Origin: Takakia lepidozioides
Taxonomy: Eukaryota; Plantae; Bryophyta
Reading direction: 5' to 3'
Assembly: GCA_030704615.1 (NCBI GenBank)
Contig: CM060732.1
Location: forward strand, 14,508,001-14,572,000
DNA: 64,000 bases
Below the pieces are notes generated by a model. The model was not told where the DNA came from, made no database searches, and saw nothing but the letters and a program-made list of their open reading frames with translations. The translations under genes and the position numbers were made by a program. Shown here in pieces: positions 14,500-27,659 of the stretch; the stretch's first letter is position 1; every line of letters begins with the position of its first letter.

Positions 14500-16225
14500 A
14501 CGCCCCATTTCAAATCCTCCCCACCCCCCTCCGACCCCTCCACCTGCCCCCGCCCGCTGCCCGCCCGCCCCCTAACGCCGCCCCATCGCTGGCCACGTGA
14601 CGCCCCACTCTCCGTCGGTCCCCCCATGCGCTCGTCATCGCCGGGCGCTCCCACCGTTGATCCCCTAGCCATGCGCCCCCACCCCGCCCGATCTCCAGCC
14701 ACATGGCGGCCCCCCCCTGGGTCCCCTCATCCCTGGGTTGATCCCCCATCCAGTGCGGGAATGATCCCCACCCCCCATCTCCCGCCACGTGGTGCCCCCC
14801 TGAACTGTCGATCCCTGCCATCCATCCAACCTCAATTGAATGGATGATGTGGGTCATCCGCCCCTCATCCCCCCGCCATACTCCGGCGCAGGGCATGGAT
14901 GATAGGCCGATGCCACCATTGTGCCACGTGGCGGTCCCCTCACCGTCGATCCCCCGCGCACCAGGTTGATCCCCCGTCCAATTCGGGAATTGATCCCCTA
15001 TTCCTCATCTGCCGCCACATGGCATCCCTACGCCGTGGATCCCCTCATCCCATCCACGGCGTGACCCCCGAGCCGTCGCCAACCCCCCCCCTCGGTTGAT
15101 CCCCGTCCAGTGCGGGAGTGATCCCCCAACCCTAATCGGCCGCCCGTGGTGCTCCGCGCATTCATCGAACCTGAAAACAATGGATGATGTCGGTCAGCCG
15201 CCCCTCATCCCCCTGTCATCCTCCCACGCAGGGGATTGGATGAAGGGCCAATGATACTGCCACGGCACGTGGCGCTCCCCCTGCCGTTGATCCCCTCATC
15301 CCATCCATGGCGCAATCCCCCGCGACGTCGCCGCTCCACTCTCCCTGGGTTGATCCCCCGTCCAGTGCGGGAGTGATCCCCCTCCGCTAATCTGCAGCCA
15401 CGTGGTGCTCCCCGAACCGTCGATCCACTGCCATCCATCCAACCTGAAACATCACTGATGACACTGACACGCCACGTGGCAATCCACCCACTGTCGATCC
15501 CCTCCTCCGATCCACGGCCCGATCCCCCGAGCCGTTGCCGCCCCCCCCCCCTCCCGGGTTTATCCCCCATCCAGTGCGGGAGTGATCCCCTAAACCATAA
15601 TCTGCCGCCACGTGGTGATCCCCCGAACCGTCGATCCCCTACCCATCCATCCAACCTTAATAAAATGGATGATGTGGGTCATCCGTCCCTTATCCCCCTG
15701 CCATCCTCCCGCGCAGGGGATGGATGACGGGCGGATGAAGGGCTGATGACACTGCCATGCCACGTGGTGGTCCTCACCGCCGTAGATCCCCTCCTCCCAT
15801 CGACGCGCGATCCCCCGCGCCGTCGCGGACCCCGCCTCGGATGATCCCCTCGTCCAATTCAGGGACCAATCCCCCTCCCCACATCTGCCGCCACGTGCTG
15901 CTCCACCGTACCCTCGATGACCCACGGGGCCACGTGGTGGTCCCTTTGTCGTCGATCCCCCCCCCCCCCCCCCCCCCCGCCTCCGCGCCGTCAATCCCCC
16001 TCGACCACGTGGCGGCACCCCCAATGTCGATCCGCTGCCGATCCTCGCCACCCCCCCGGGGACTGATCCCCCTCCCCTCTTCAACGTCATGTGGCCGTCC
16101 CCCCGCCGTCCGATCGTGCCTCGCGATGGTCCACTACGTGGCGCTCCCCCGGCCGGCCATCTCCCTCCCTGGCCTTGCCGTCGATCTCCTGCTTTGATCC
16201 CCCTTTGACTGATCCCCCAATCCCT
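14500..16225. repeat. GC-rich degenerate repeat array (GATCCCC, CCACGTGG, CCAGTGCGGGAGTGATCCCC modules)
   Basis: Many GATCCCC and CCACGTGG copies; larger modules recur, e.g. atggatgatgtgggtcatccg at ~14840, ~15180 (variant) and ~15665. Confidence 0.8.
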
Positions 16226-17049
16226 TACACATCCAACGATGGGGATCAAACCACATGGCCATGCATGTGATGGTGACTTCGTCGTGGAGGTAGGGTAGTC
16301 CATGTCCGGCTTCTGAGGGTTTGGCAACTGTCGTGCTTGTTTGTGCTCCTGCTTCGACGGGTTTGGGATGACCTGCCAGTGCTTGAATCATGTCCGCTCT
16401 ACGGCGTTTGTTATTCTCTTGCGACAAACGTCTTGCATACAATGCGTACAGGGGGTTTTCTTGTTGTTGTTCTTCTCTTGTTGTTGTTTGTTGTTTTCAA
16501 AGCTGAAGTAGAGGAGTGACGTAGGCTGTAGCTAATCCCATGTGCAGGGGGATGATGGTCTGTAACTATAGTACCTTTCCCACATGAAACTTCAGCCTCA
16601 ACTTCATGTTTGCTTTTTCAAACTACTTACCTTACAAGATTGACATGTAAACATGGCTTTGTAATTTTTTTATGTGCATGTTGCAGATCCGAAGATGGTT
16701 GCATATTCGAGCAGCTGAATAGGATTGATGCAGGTTGCAGAGTCCAAGATGGTTGTATACCGGCCAGCTCACAATGCATGCACTTATAGGGATTTCTTTT
16801 TCGTCCTAGCATGGTGTTTTATTCCTCCTACACAACGGTCTCCTTCTCATGTTTCCCTGCCCTTGCAGTTTTGGTCTCTTTCCTCTCAGACATTGCCTCC
16901 CTCCCTCAATCCCTCACTTGCAAAATCCCCCAATATCCAATCCCTCTCGAGTTTCTGCTCCCCCACTGTCTGGTCCCCCCTGTGTGAGGAGGCAGCACGA
17001 AACAGTCCTGAGATTGTGTGCAGGTCCCCAGTTGACATGAGGATGGGTG

Positions 17050-17560
17050 AGAATTGAATGTGCAAGGATCTAGCCATAGTACCGACGTGGTTCATGCCAC
17101 TGTGCACAGGGTATGTCATTGACTCGACAAAACCCCCCCTGTTTCCTTTTGCATTTGCTTATGGAATTTACTATACGCAACAACATCTGATTCATACTCA
17201 TCTGATGGTGTGCAGGGGTCACTGGAGTTTGATGGTCTTCGATAAAAACAAGTTTGTGCATCTCAACTCTCTTCCCAGCTTGCGTTCCCACAAGCAGGAT
17301 GTGTTTGAGATGCCTCTGCGAATTTTTAGAGCATTCTTATGGACTGGGAGTGGCTTACACTTGACGTTCCTATGTAGGCAGGGGGTGGGAGTGCAGGTAT
17401 TTTGTGATGACATACATAGAAAAGTACGTGGAGACCAAAATTACAAAGAAGTGGGGGAAAGCCCCCACAAAGGATTGGTTTACATGGGATTATACTGTTT
17501 CAAAACAGGATTTTCTTGTAGGATGGATACAAGATCATTGGGAGGAAGCACACTTTGACC
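17050..17560 (+). pseudogene. Degenerate Ulp1/C48 SUMO-protease-like transposon cargo
   Basis: WFMPLCT|(intron ~17111-17215)|GHWSLMVFD...HLNSL, then WECRYFVMTYI in a shifted frame; resembles the catalytic His and Cys (ECG.YVM) motifs. Confidence 0.55.
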
Positions 17561-17789
17561 GTAGGCTATCAGGTGTCCATCCTGGAGAAGCCCAGGATGT
17601 GCGGGTGGTATCTCCATTTCCATCCAAAAAAACAAAAAAAAAAAACTTGGCATGACTGATATGCAGAATAGGATAGAATAGCGAACACACTTTCCACACA
17701 GCAGACGTAATTTGCCCACTATGGGAATACAAATGGGAATGCCCCTTACTTTTCTCTTTTATACCACTGTGAATTATTATCATACATCT

Positions 17790-18075
17790 AGTTTTCAAAG
17801 TTCTAAAGGCGGGATCTGTGTTTTCAAAGTTGTGCAGGGCAATCATTATTTGCAAACTTCATTGGGAGGATCAATGTTTTGAAAAATTTGCAGGGGGGGA
17901 ACAATGTTTGCCAACTTCATTGGGGGGATTGGTGTTTTGAAATATTTGCAAGGGGGAGCAGTATTTGCAAACTTCACTAGGAGGATCAGTGATTTCCAAA
18001 GTTCTACAAGGGGATCAGTGAATCCAAACGTCATTGGGGGAATCATTTTTTTCAAAGTTTTGCTGGGGGGAACAG
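17790..18075. repeat. Short tandem array (ttttcaaag / tttgcaaacttcattgggggga modules)
   Basis: About five degenerate ~55-60 bp units; resembles a DNA-transposon subterminal array. Confidence 0.55.
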
Positions 18076-18145
18076 TGTCGCGCACCTCACTTCGGTAAGC
18101 TCCCCTTCAAGTCATAGTTACTCGCTTTGATGCGCGCGCCTGACA
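18076..18145 (-). mobile_element. Isolated ~70-bp 3'-terminal LTR fragment of the Gypsy family at 57545-58241
   Basis: Reverse complement matches 58173-58241 with about two mismatches and ends exactly at the LTR terminus ...GCGCGACA. Confidence 0.9.
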
Positions 18146-18632
18146 TTGTGTTCGTATATGCTGAAGTGCCTGCAACTCTCTCTGGTGGCTGGAATTTGGG
18201 TAATTCCCAGTGAGTATTTTTTTCAATACTTTCATAGCGCTGCGAGCTTCCCCTCATTGTCACGAACATCCGGTACAAATAACTGCCAATATAAAAACTT
18301 GGGCAGCCCATTACAACGTCTACTGCCGGGGTAGGATTAATCTTCAATTTCCCCAGTGCCCACATGTAAGCGACCAGCTCCTTGTACTCCAGGGGAGCCT
18401 GGCGCCAAAATTCAACCAATTCTGCCCCTAACCATGTCTCCTCCCTAGCCAATGGCCTCATCTTATATCTCAAAGGTATGAGAGTTTGATTGAGCAGATG
18501 CAATTGACCCAATGACCAGCAGGGGATTAAGGTTTTGAATACCTTTTCTAGTATTTCTGGTTCCAGCTTCTTGGTGAGAACAGTGCAACACGGGAGCAAA
18601 TCCCAACTTAGCTGAGCATGGATTGCATGCAT
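18146..18632 (-). pseudogene. Fragment homologous to the C-terminal domain of the 798-aa ORF at 61461-63857
   Basis: FWRQA..EYKELVAY...G....VVMGCPSFY...RYES....HWELP aligns with YWHEA..MLRELVAF...G....IVMGCGLYY...RFQS....HWVLP. Confidence 0.7.
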
Positions 18633-19242
18633 ACTTTTGGCTTACCTCGGCTTGTGAGGGCATGCATACTTGTCACAGTTCAATATTAATAAAAAAATTC
18701 ATTTGAACCAAAGCTCCACTTTTTGTGCAATGTTGCATTTTGTTGAATGTTGACTTTTGGCTGCGAGGGTCTAGCACTCAAGCTTGCAATCAGACCCACT
18801 GGAATGCCACCTCTGTCAATTCCCTCTGTCCATGGGGAAGGTGCTTGCATGCTCGCCCCCCACGCTTCTCGTCAGACGCCGCAATTATTGGTTTGCGCAG
18901 CGCACCTGCACAGGTCTACAGCCTTCTCACTGCATACCGTTGGCAGTTATTGCGCAAAGGCTAGGGGCCGCATTCCGGAGATGAGGTTCATTAACATTCT
19001 GACAGTGGATTTTTGGGAGAGTGGGCTCGCCGGATTCATGAATATGCTTCGTCGCTCGGAAAGATTGGCCCTGCATTCCTTTCCCTCGCTGCATCCCCCC
19101 TTCTCCCAGGGCGCTTGCCCGAACGCCGTCCTGGCAGTCTTGTGTGCACATCTCCCATGGCAAAAAACTCAAGCGCTATAGTGTACTGCCCTCCTCACAA
19201 GCATAGAGCTACATTTCCGTGCAAATGGGGGATCTATCGAGT

Positions 19243-21754
19243 GATGGAGAAATATCTCTACGTCCGATACCACCTAAAACCAGGGTCAGTATTCCTGGAG
19301 GAGGAAAGGAAAGATTCAAATGGAGTTGTAGTCGAAAGTATTGTTGTGCTCCACGATGATTTCGGCGACGGCAGGGAATGACGAGTTTCACCATCGGACA
19401 GCGTCATATACAGGGCTGTTGGGGACTTCATTTGCCCGCCAAATGCGCCTTCTATCCTGCCGCCTTCCATGAAACAATCCGCGAATCAGAGAGTTGGTAC
19501 CTCAAAGAGAGAAATCCGCAACGAAGTTAATCCAGAGCTGATCCCATCAATGAAGATGAGCGAGAACCGGGTTGTTCACAATCTATCCGACTCCGACGAG
19601 GTCATGGAAGTTTCAAGATCATCCTGGAGATCAGGCAAGTCCTCAATGGACATCAGCAGATGAGGGAGTCATATTCCCAGCACGAGCTCAGCAACTCGAT
19701 CAATTCTTGATATTCTGCAAGGGCTTCAGATGGAGGGACACCGCTCCGAGCTGACTGGGCTGGACTACAACAAGTTCGAAATTAAATCCGTGACATGCCT
19801 TCCCGCAGACGTCGACGGTAATATCTTTTTTGAGTTCCCTCCTCGAACGGACTATTCGAGGGTGTCTAGAATGTTGACAGATATGGATAGGAAACATGAT
19901 GGTCATCCTTGGTGCGTCACCACCAGCAAGAAGATGCTCGATGGTGTGCCGGTGCGCTACGTTGTGTGTGCGGGCGCACTGCGGTGTTTCTCCCCAACTT
20001 GCTTCCACTTTAAATCTAGAGGTCACAGGAACGAGACGGATTGGACAAGCACAGCTCATCAACCATTTCGAGCTCAGGAAAAGGTTCCAAACTCCACATT
20101 TAGGTGTGCGCATTGCAAAGAACCACCACATTGCATGTCTATTTGTAATGCCAAGCAGTTCTATGTGTTGCACCGTTTCCCTGACCTCACACGAGCTTGC
20201 ATACACGTTGGTGTGCATTGTCATGAATTGGCGAGGGGAAACTCGCGAGAGGCTGCCTAGGAGGCAGAGCAACTCATTCAAGAGGAGGTTAAGTTGAGAC
20301 CTGGTGCCAAACCCAGACAGATACAGCTGCAGGCCGCCCATAAGATGGCATTGGGCATAATTATGTCGGAAGATGGCTCTAACAGAGTTCCTCTTGATGA
20401 GAAGGAAATGGAGGCCTTGCTGGAGTCAGTGTCCCACGTCTATTCACCGAATGTCCAAAACCACATTGTCTCCTACAAACAGAGAATTGGGCGAGGCTCG
20501 GATATGCACTCCATTCTGGAGGTGAAGCGACGATGTGGATATGACTACATTCATGGAAGTAGGTTTCCAGGACAAGGGACTGAGGCAGATCCTTGTTTTG
20601 TATTCAAAATGTCAATGTGTGGGCCTGGCAGCGGCGTGGATCTGGTCCACCGGATGACGAGTGGGGACTTGTCAAACAGTTGGGTCATGTTCGACCATAT
20701 CAAGCAAATTACAAATCACTAGTGGGTGACAATGGGTGCACATATCTACGACCCCCACTGCAGGATGCTAATGCAATTGCTATTTGTGAGATGAAAGGGG
20801 AGGACACACAATTGGAGATGCTTCTTTGGCAGGGAATAAACGAACAGATGGCCAGGGCGGGATTTCCCCCGCCCAATTTCCATGGTTTCATGGCGGACAA
20901 CGCATAAGCAAATTGGGTTGCCATCCGAAGGGTGTACGGGGAAGACCCCAATGTTCCAATGGAAGGCAATGAGAGATCTTGTGGGTTCCATTTTCTCCAG
21001 AGCTTGTTGCAATACACAACCAGGCTCATGGCGCCAGAATTCAAAGATGAGCACCGTTCCATGTGTCTTGCGTGGAAGTGTGCTCCCACCTTGGATGATG
21101 CAAAGACACAGTTTGCATGTATACGAACTTGGTGGACAACGTCAGGTGCTGTAAAGAAATCAGACGAGGGAGCAATGGTCAGTTGGCTAGCATGGTGGCA
21201 TTATCGTTTTCTCCAGTTCGGCGACTATATGTGGGAGGTGAGTTGGACACACGTCCCGTTCATATTTATGCTAGTCATTATTTGTAACTTGCTTGTAACC
21301 TCAGAATGTGCATGTGCAGGAAATGTGTCTGGACTCCGACACTGACATGCCGACAATAAACATGGCCGAATCAGTACATTCTTCCTGGCGTGCCTCCTCT
21401 GCGGCGCATATGATGGACATCCTCACTGCCACAACGGAAGACATTGTGGGGTCAATTATGCAGCAATGCAGGTACAACGAGTTCTTGAAAGGGAAACAGT
21501 GGGGCTTGGGGCCGGACAGGCAGGAAATGCTGATGCGGACTGCCTCCAGATCGAAGAATCTTCGGAAGTGGGCGGCAGCCTTGCGAGAGGGCCTTCGAGA
21601 CACGCCATTGCTTCGAAGAGGCCAACACTTGGAAGGAGATGTTCACACCCGTCCAGTGAGACGAAGACTTGACGAGGCACCTGGCGGAGAAGAGGATTCA
21701 TGGCGAGTTGAGCAAACAGAGAACTCACTTCGGAAAGGAAAGGAGAAGAGGTAA
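19243..21754 (+). pseudogene. MULE-type DDE transposase with GCM/WRKY-like Zn domain; stops and frameshifts; SWIM region missing
   Basis: KHDGHPWC...C..C...C.HC...C...HVGVHCH; WVMFDH; FMADNA; CGFH; intron 21238-21319; INMAESVH. Diverges from A2 after ~21712. Confidence 0.8.
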
Positions 21755-22129
21755 GAGACAACGTACCTTCATCATTTTCATTGTGAAGTCAGGACAAAGA
21801 GGAAGGAGGTGTCGGTGATGAAGGTCATTCTCAGGTTGTTGGAGAAACTCAACAACATGTTTCACCTGCTGACCAAGAAATATTTTCAATTGTTTTTTTA
21901 TGCATTAGAGTATGTTTTGCAGTGTAATGAAATCCACCCCAAAACTCCAGAACGAGACCTGCAATATTAAAGTAATCTCTTTCAAACACATTATGGACTT
22001 CTGGATATCCGTTGACGTCCAGTGGCAGTTCAATGTCGAAATAGAATCCATAATAAGATGGCGGCAGGAGAAATTTGCAGATCTTCCAGAAAATTGAGTT
22101 CCAATAGTAGCAGTTGTGGGGGCCATTTC

Positions 22130-22450
22130 TGGAAATATGGCGCCGAATTTCCCTATTTTGGGCCAAAAACTGGCTAAGTCCCAACATGTACGGGAACGAT
22201 GTCTAGAAAAATGGTGTCGAATTTCCAGTTACATGGCCCAGAACTGCCCAACATTTGTGCAATCCTCGGCACAATCTCCCGAAATTCGGCGCCACATTTC
22301 CAAATTTTGGGCTAACACACTTGACATGTTGGGACCTATAGCCGCGAAATTCGGCACCATTTTTCGCCGGAGGCACCTATTACGCGAAATACATCACAAT
22401 TTTCTTCGGTTGCGGAACATATTACCGTGAAATTCGGCGTCATTTTTACA
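22130..22450. repeat. Subterminal array of AAAATGGCGCCGAATTT motifs (A1)
   Basis: About five copies in both orientations. Confidence 0.85.
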
Positions 22451-23379
22451 GATGCCGCTCGGAGTTTCCGTGAGGGCAAGACGAAATATCTTGAGCATGG
22501 CTCCCAAACTTCAATTTCAGCTTCAAACAATGAATATTATATTATTATTGTTCTGACACATTCCATTTTAATAATATTTTTAATGTTTTTTATTTCCAGA
22601 ATTTGTACTTCTGCTCATGAAATCCGATTGTCTTACTACTCCGCCCATGCCGCTCATGCCGCTCACACTCATGAAATAGCTAACCTCTTGCCAGTCCATA
22701 TGATGTGCTTATCTTGGGAGGTGTAAGGTAGTGGCTGCTGTGAGTGCAATGCGTAGCAGTGATGCCTTACTGTATTGAGATATACCGAAGGTAGACTGTG
22801 TTGGAAATATAGGGTGTAGTTGTGGGTGGGGTGGGGGGGTTAGTTGTGGTTTGCATGGGGTTGGGGGATGTGATGATAGATGACCACAGATTGAGTGGGT
22901 TGGGGTGTTTTGCGGTTTTAATTGGCGTTTTGGGGGTGCAGGTTGTGGGGGTGTGTCATGCCAGGGATATATGATGGAGTTAGGATTTGGGTGGGGCATT
23001 TCGAGAATGAATTGTGGTTCCAATTTGTGTGATGCGAGCAGCAGGTGGGGGCATGTGGCATATTTTTGTGGGCATTGGGTTGTGAAGACATGGGCAGTAG
23101 ATGACTGTTCATATATAGGTGGTAGGTAGTTGGGGTCCCAATCGAGGTTAGCTATTTCATGAGCATGAGCGGCATGAGCGGAGTAGCAAGACAATCAGTT
23201 TTCATGAGCAGAAGTACAAATTTCGAAAATAAAAAATAATTATAAAACATTAATTTAATGCAATGTGTCAGAAAAAACAAATATATTATTCGGAACCTTG
23301 AAGGGAAAATTGTAGTTTTGAGAGTTGTGCTCATCATATTTTGTCTTCCGCTCATGCCAATTCCCAGCGACATGTGCAA

Positions 23380-23760
23380 AAATGGCGCCGAATTTCGCGG
23401 TAATAGGGTCCGTAACCGGAAAGAATCGCGACGTATTTCGCGGTAATAGGTCTCTCTGGCAAAAAATGGTGCCGAATTCCGCGGCTATAGGTCCCCTCAT
23501 GACAGGTGTGTAAGCCCAAAATTTGGAAATGTGGCGCCGAATTTCGGTACATGGTGCCGGGGATTGCACAGATGTTGGGCAGTTCTGGGCCATGTAATTG
23601 GAAATTCGGCGCCATTTTTCCAGTGCATGTTCGGACAGCCAGTTTTTGGCGCAAAATAGGGAAATTCGGCGCCATTTTTCCAAACACGGGTACCAGTGCA
23701 TGTTGGGACTTAGCCAGTTTTCGGCCCAAAATAGAGGAATTCGGCGCCATTTTTCCATAA
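23380..23760. repeat. Subterminal array of AAAATGGCGCCGAATTT motifs (A2)
   Basis: About six copies, mirror image of 22130-22450. Confidence 0.85.
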
Positions 23761-23909
23761 ATGGCCCCACAACTGCTGTTGGATCTCAGTTTGAATGGAA
23801 TATTGCCTCATTCCAGGAGTTTTGGGGTGCAATTCATTACACTGCAAAAAAAGTCTGATACATGAAAATGCAATTGAAAATATCCATATGGAGGATTCTC
23901 TTTGCCCCA

Positions 23910-26900
23910 TCAATGATTTCTGGAATCCCTAAGGAGGAGTTTGTGCAGCTCGTTCACGCTCAACGCCGGTGCATGAATAAAGTCATCAATAGTCACGTTC
24001 ATCCTCAACCTCTTCAGGTAAATGTAATACAGATGTTTGCACGGATAATACTTTGAACCCTTCTTTGCTTCCATCAACGAGAAGTCCGTACAATTGCAAG
24101 TCGTCTCCACTCCAATCGTAATTGTGTATACATCGTCGCGTACAGTCGAGCCGCCCGTTGCCATCCGATAAACACGCCCAAGGCCGGGTGGGGGTACGTC
24201 CACGGAGCTCTGAATAGTGCAAGCCATCCCAAGAGCATTGACAATCCGAGTCTCATTCAACTTGTTAGGAGGGTGTCGTCTCTTCACTCTTCCGAATCAC
24301 ATTGTGGGATGTGCAGAATTGTCCAATCCGTCTCTACTGGACCGAGCAGTCTGCAATGGCTGGGTCTGAGGAACCGGAAATGTGTGGGCCGGGACGTCTG
24401 TGCGTTGCACCATTCGAAATCCTGCTGCAGATAGAGCATCCGCCTCATTCTGAGAGAGGCTGCAAGCCGGTGCAACAGGCCAGATGCCCGGAGGCTCCGA
24501 CATTCCCTGAATCCCGTACTTGGGCTTGCCAAATACACAGGTCATTATGTCGTGCCTACAGAACCAAAATGTCTGCGTTGTGGCGTGAGCAAATGTGGGA
24601 GTCAAAAATCTGCCGCTGAAACAAGGTGCAGGTACAGCACCGTGTGGATTCCTCCGAATCATCTCACCACACCGTGCTCTCGTATCCACCCGGATGGCGA
24701 GCACTTCCCTCGAAATGCCGGCAATGTCCTCCGCAATTCTCCACTGTGACTCCAACACTCTTGTCTCCACAATGGGAATGTTGTACTGCTTTACTACAGA
24801 TGGCTCGTTATGTTGCTGGGGCACGCGCCCTGTGCTCAAAGGAGATGGCGATCTTGAACGTGCAGGACTTGCGGTGCTCGACGAGACCTCCTCGGGCAAC
24901 ATCATAGGACCACGAGGGAGCGTGCGAATATTTCTTGTCAGCTCGCCATGAATCCTCTTCCCGCCAGGTGCCTGTCAAGTCTTCGTCTCACTGGACGGGT
25001 ATGAACATCTCCTTTCCAAATGTTGGCCTCTTCGAAGCAATGGCGTGTCCCGAAGGCCCTCTCGCAAGGCCGCCGCCCACTTCCGAGGATTCTTCGATCT
25101 GGAGGCAGTCCGCATCAGCATTTCCTGCTGTCCGGCCCCAAGCCCCACTGTTTCCCTTTCAAGAACTCGTTGTACCTGCTTTGCTGCATAATTGACCTCA
25201 CAATGTCCTCCGTTGTGGCAGTGAGGATGTCCACCAGATGCGCGCAGAGGAGGCACGCCAGGAAGAATGCACTGATTCGGCCATGTTTGTCGTGGGCATG
25301 TCGGTGTCGGAGTCGAGACACATTTCCTGCACAAGCACATGTTGAGGTTACAAGCAAGTTACAAAATAATGCCAAGAATAATTCAACGGGACGCGAATTC
25401 GTGCAACTCACCTCCCGCATATAGTCGCCGAACTGGAGGAAACGATAATGCCACCATGCTAGCCAACTGACCATTGCTCCCTCGTCTGATTTTCCTTACA
25501 ACCTGACGATGTCCACCAAGCCCGTATACATGCAAACTGTGTCTCTGCATCATCCAAGGTGGGAGCGCGCTTCCACGCAAGACACATGGAACGTGCTCCT
25601 CTCTGAAATCTGGCGCCACGAGCCTGGTTGTGTACTGCGAAAGGCTCTGCAGAAAATGGAACCCACAAGATCTCTCCTTGCCTTCCATGGGAAATTGGGG
25701 TCTTGCCCGTACACCCTTCGGATGGCAGCCCAATTTGCTTGTGCGTTGTCCGCCATGAAACCACGGAAATTGGGAGGGGGCAATCCCGCCTTGGCCATCT
25801 GTTCGTTTATTCCCTGCCAAAGAAGCATCTGATTGTGTGTCCTCTCCTTTCATCTCACAAATAGCAATTGTCATTAGCATCCTGCAGTGGGTGTCGTAGA
25901 CATGTGCACCCATTGTCACCCACTGGTGATTTGTAATTCGCTTGATATGGTCGAACATGACCCAACTGTTTGACAAGTCCCCACTCGTCATCTGTCGACC
26001 AGTTCGACGCCGCTGCCAGGTCCACACGTCGACATTTTGAATACGAAACAACGATCTGCCTCAGTCCCTTGTCCTGGAAACCGACTTCCATGAATGTAGT
26101 CATATCCACATCGTCGCTTCACCTCCAGAATGGAGTGCATATCCGAGCCACGCCCAATTTTCTGTTTGCATGACACAATGTGGTTTCGGACATTCGGTGA
26201 ACAGACGTGGGACACCGACTCCAGCAATGCCTCCATTTCCTTGTCATCGAGAGGAACTCTGTCGGAGCCGTCTTCCGACATAATTCTGGCCAACGCCATC
26301 TTATGGGCGGCTTGGAGCTGTATCTGTTTGGGTTTGGCACCCGGTCTCAACTTAACCTCCTCCTGAACGAGCTGCTCTGCCTCGTGGGCAGCCTCCCGCG
26401 AGTTCCCCCTCGCCAATTTGTGACAATGGGAACCAACGTGTATGCAAGCTCGGGTGAGGTCAGGGAAACGGTGCAACACATAGACTGCTTGGCATTACAA
26501 ACAGACATGCAGTGTGGTGGTTCTTTGCAATGCGCACACTTAAATGTGGAGTTCGGAACCTTCTCCTGAGCTCGAAATGGTTGATGAGCTGTGCTGTCCA
26601 ATCGGTCTCGTTCCTGTGACCTCTGGATTTAAAGTGGAAGCAAGTTGGGGAGAAACACACCGCAACGCGCCCACACAAACAACGTAGCGCACCCGCACAC
26701 CATCGAGCATCTTCATGCTGGTGGTTTTGGTAACGCACCAAGGATGACCGTCATGTTTTCTATCCATATCTGTCAACATTCCGGACGCCCTCGAGTAGTC
26801 CGCCCGAGGAGGGAACTCAAAGAAGATATTACCGTCGACGTCTGCGGGAAGGCATGTAACCGATTTAATTGCGAACTTGCTGTAGTCCAGCCCGGCCAGC

Positions 26901-27365
26901 TCCGAGCGGTGTCCCTCCATGTGAAGCCCTCGCAGAATTTCAAGAATAGATCGAACTGCGGTGCTCGTGCTGGGAATATGACTCCCTCGTCCACTGACGT
27001 CCATTGAGGACTTGCCTGATCTCCAGGACGATCTCGGAACTTCCATGACCTCGTCTGAGTCGGACAGGTTGTGAACAACCCGGTTCTCGCTCGTCTTCAT
27101 TGATGGGTTCGGCTCTGGATTTACTTCGTTGCGGACTTCTCTCTTTGAGGTAGCCACTCTCTGATTCGCGGATTGTTTCGTTGAAGGCGCCAGGATAGAA
27201 GGTGCATTTGGCGGGCAAATGAAGTCCCCAACAGCCCTGTATATGACGCTGTCCGATGGTGGAACTCGCCATTCCCTGCCATCGCGAAATCATCGTGGAG
27301 CACAACAATACTCTCGACAACAACGCCGTTTGAGTCCTTCCTTTCCTCCTCCAAAAAAACCGACC
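23910..27365 (-). pseudogene. MULE transposase (GCM-like Zn domain, DDE core, C-terminal SWIM finger), frameshifted
   Basis: KHDGHPWC; WVMFDHIKR; FRGFMADNAQANWAA; RSCGFHFLQSL; SWIM TCNCTDF...YPCKHLYYIY at 23910-24120. Confidence 0.85.
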
Positions 27366-27659
27366 CCAGTTTCAGGGCAGTACACTGTAGCGCTCGGGTT
27401 TTCCGCCATGGGAGATGTGCACACAAGACTGCCAGGATGGCGTGCGGGCAAGCTCCCTGGTAGAAGGGGGATGCAGCGATGGGAAGGAATGCGGTGCCGA
27501 TTTGTCCGAGCGACGAAGCCTGATCCAAATCCAGGGAGCCAACTATCTCAAAAATCCACAGTCAGAGTGTTAATGAACCTTGTCTCCGGAATGCGGCCCC
27601 TGGTCTTTGCGCAATAACTGCCAACGGTATGCAGTCAGAAAGTGGGGGGCCGTCCGGAT

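Larger units (their letters stand above)
18925..22687 (+). mobile_element. MULE subfamily A, copy A1: left-truncated, with transposase and one TIR
   Basis: Inverted homolog of 23144-27641; ends ...CATGAAATAGCTAACCTC at 22687, the reverse complement of the A2 left terminus. Confidence 0.85.

Noticed and set aside
14424-16327. Gly/Arg/Pro-rich ORFs on both strands
   Set aside because: By-products of a GC-rich repeat with few stop codons; the same holds for ORFs in the 22-23.7, 27.6-29.6 and 33.2-33.6 kb arrays.
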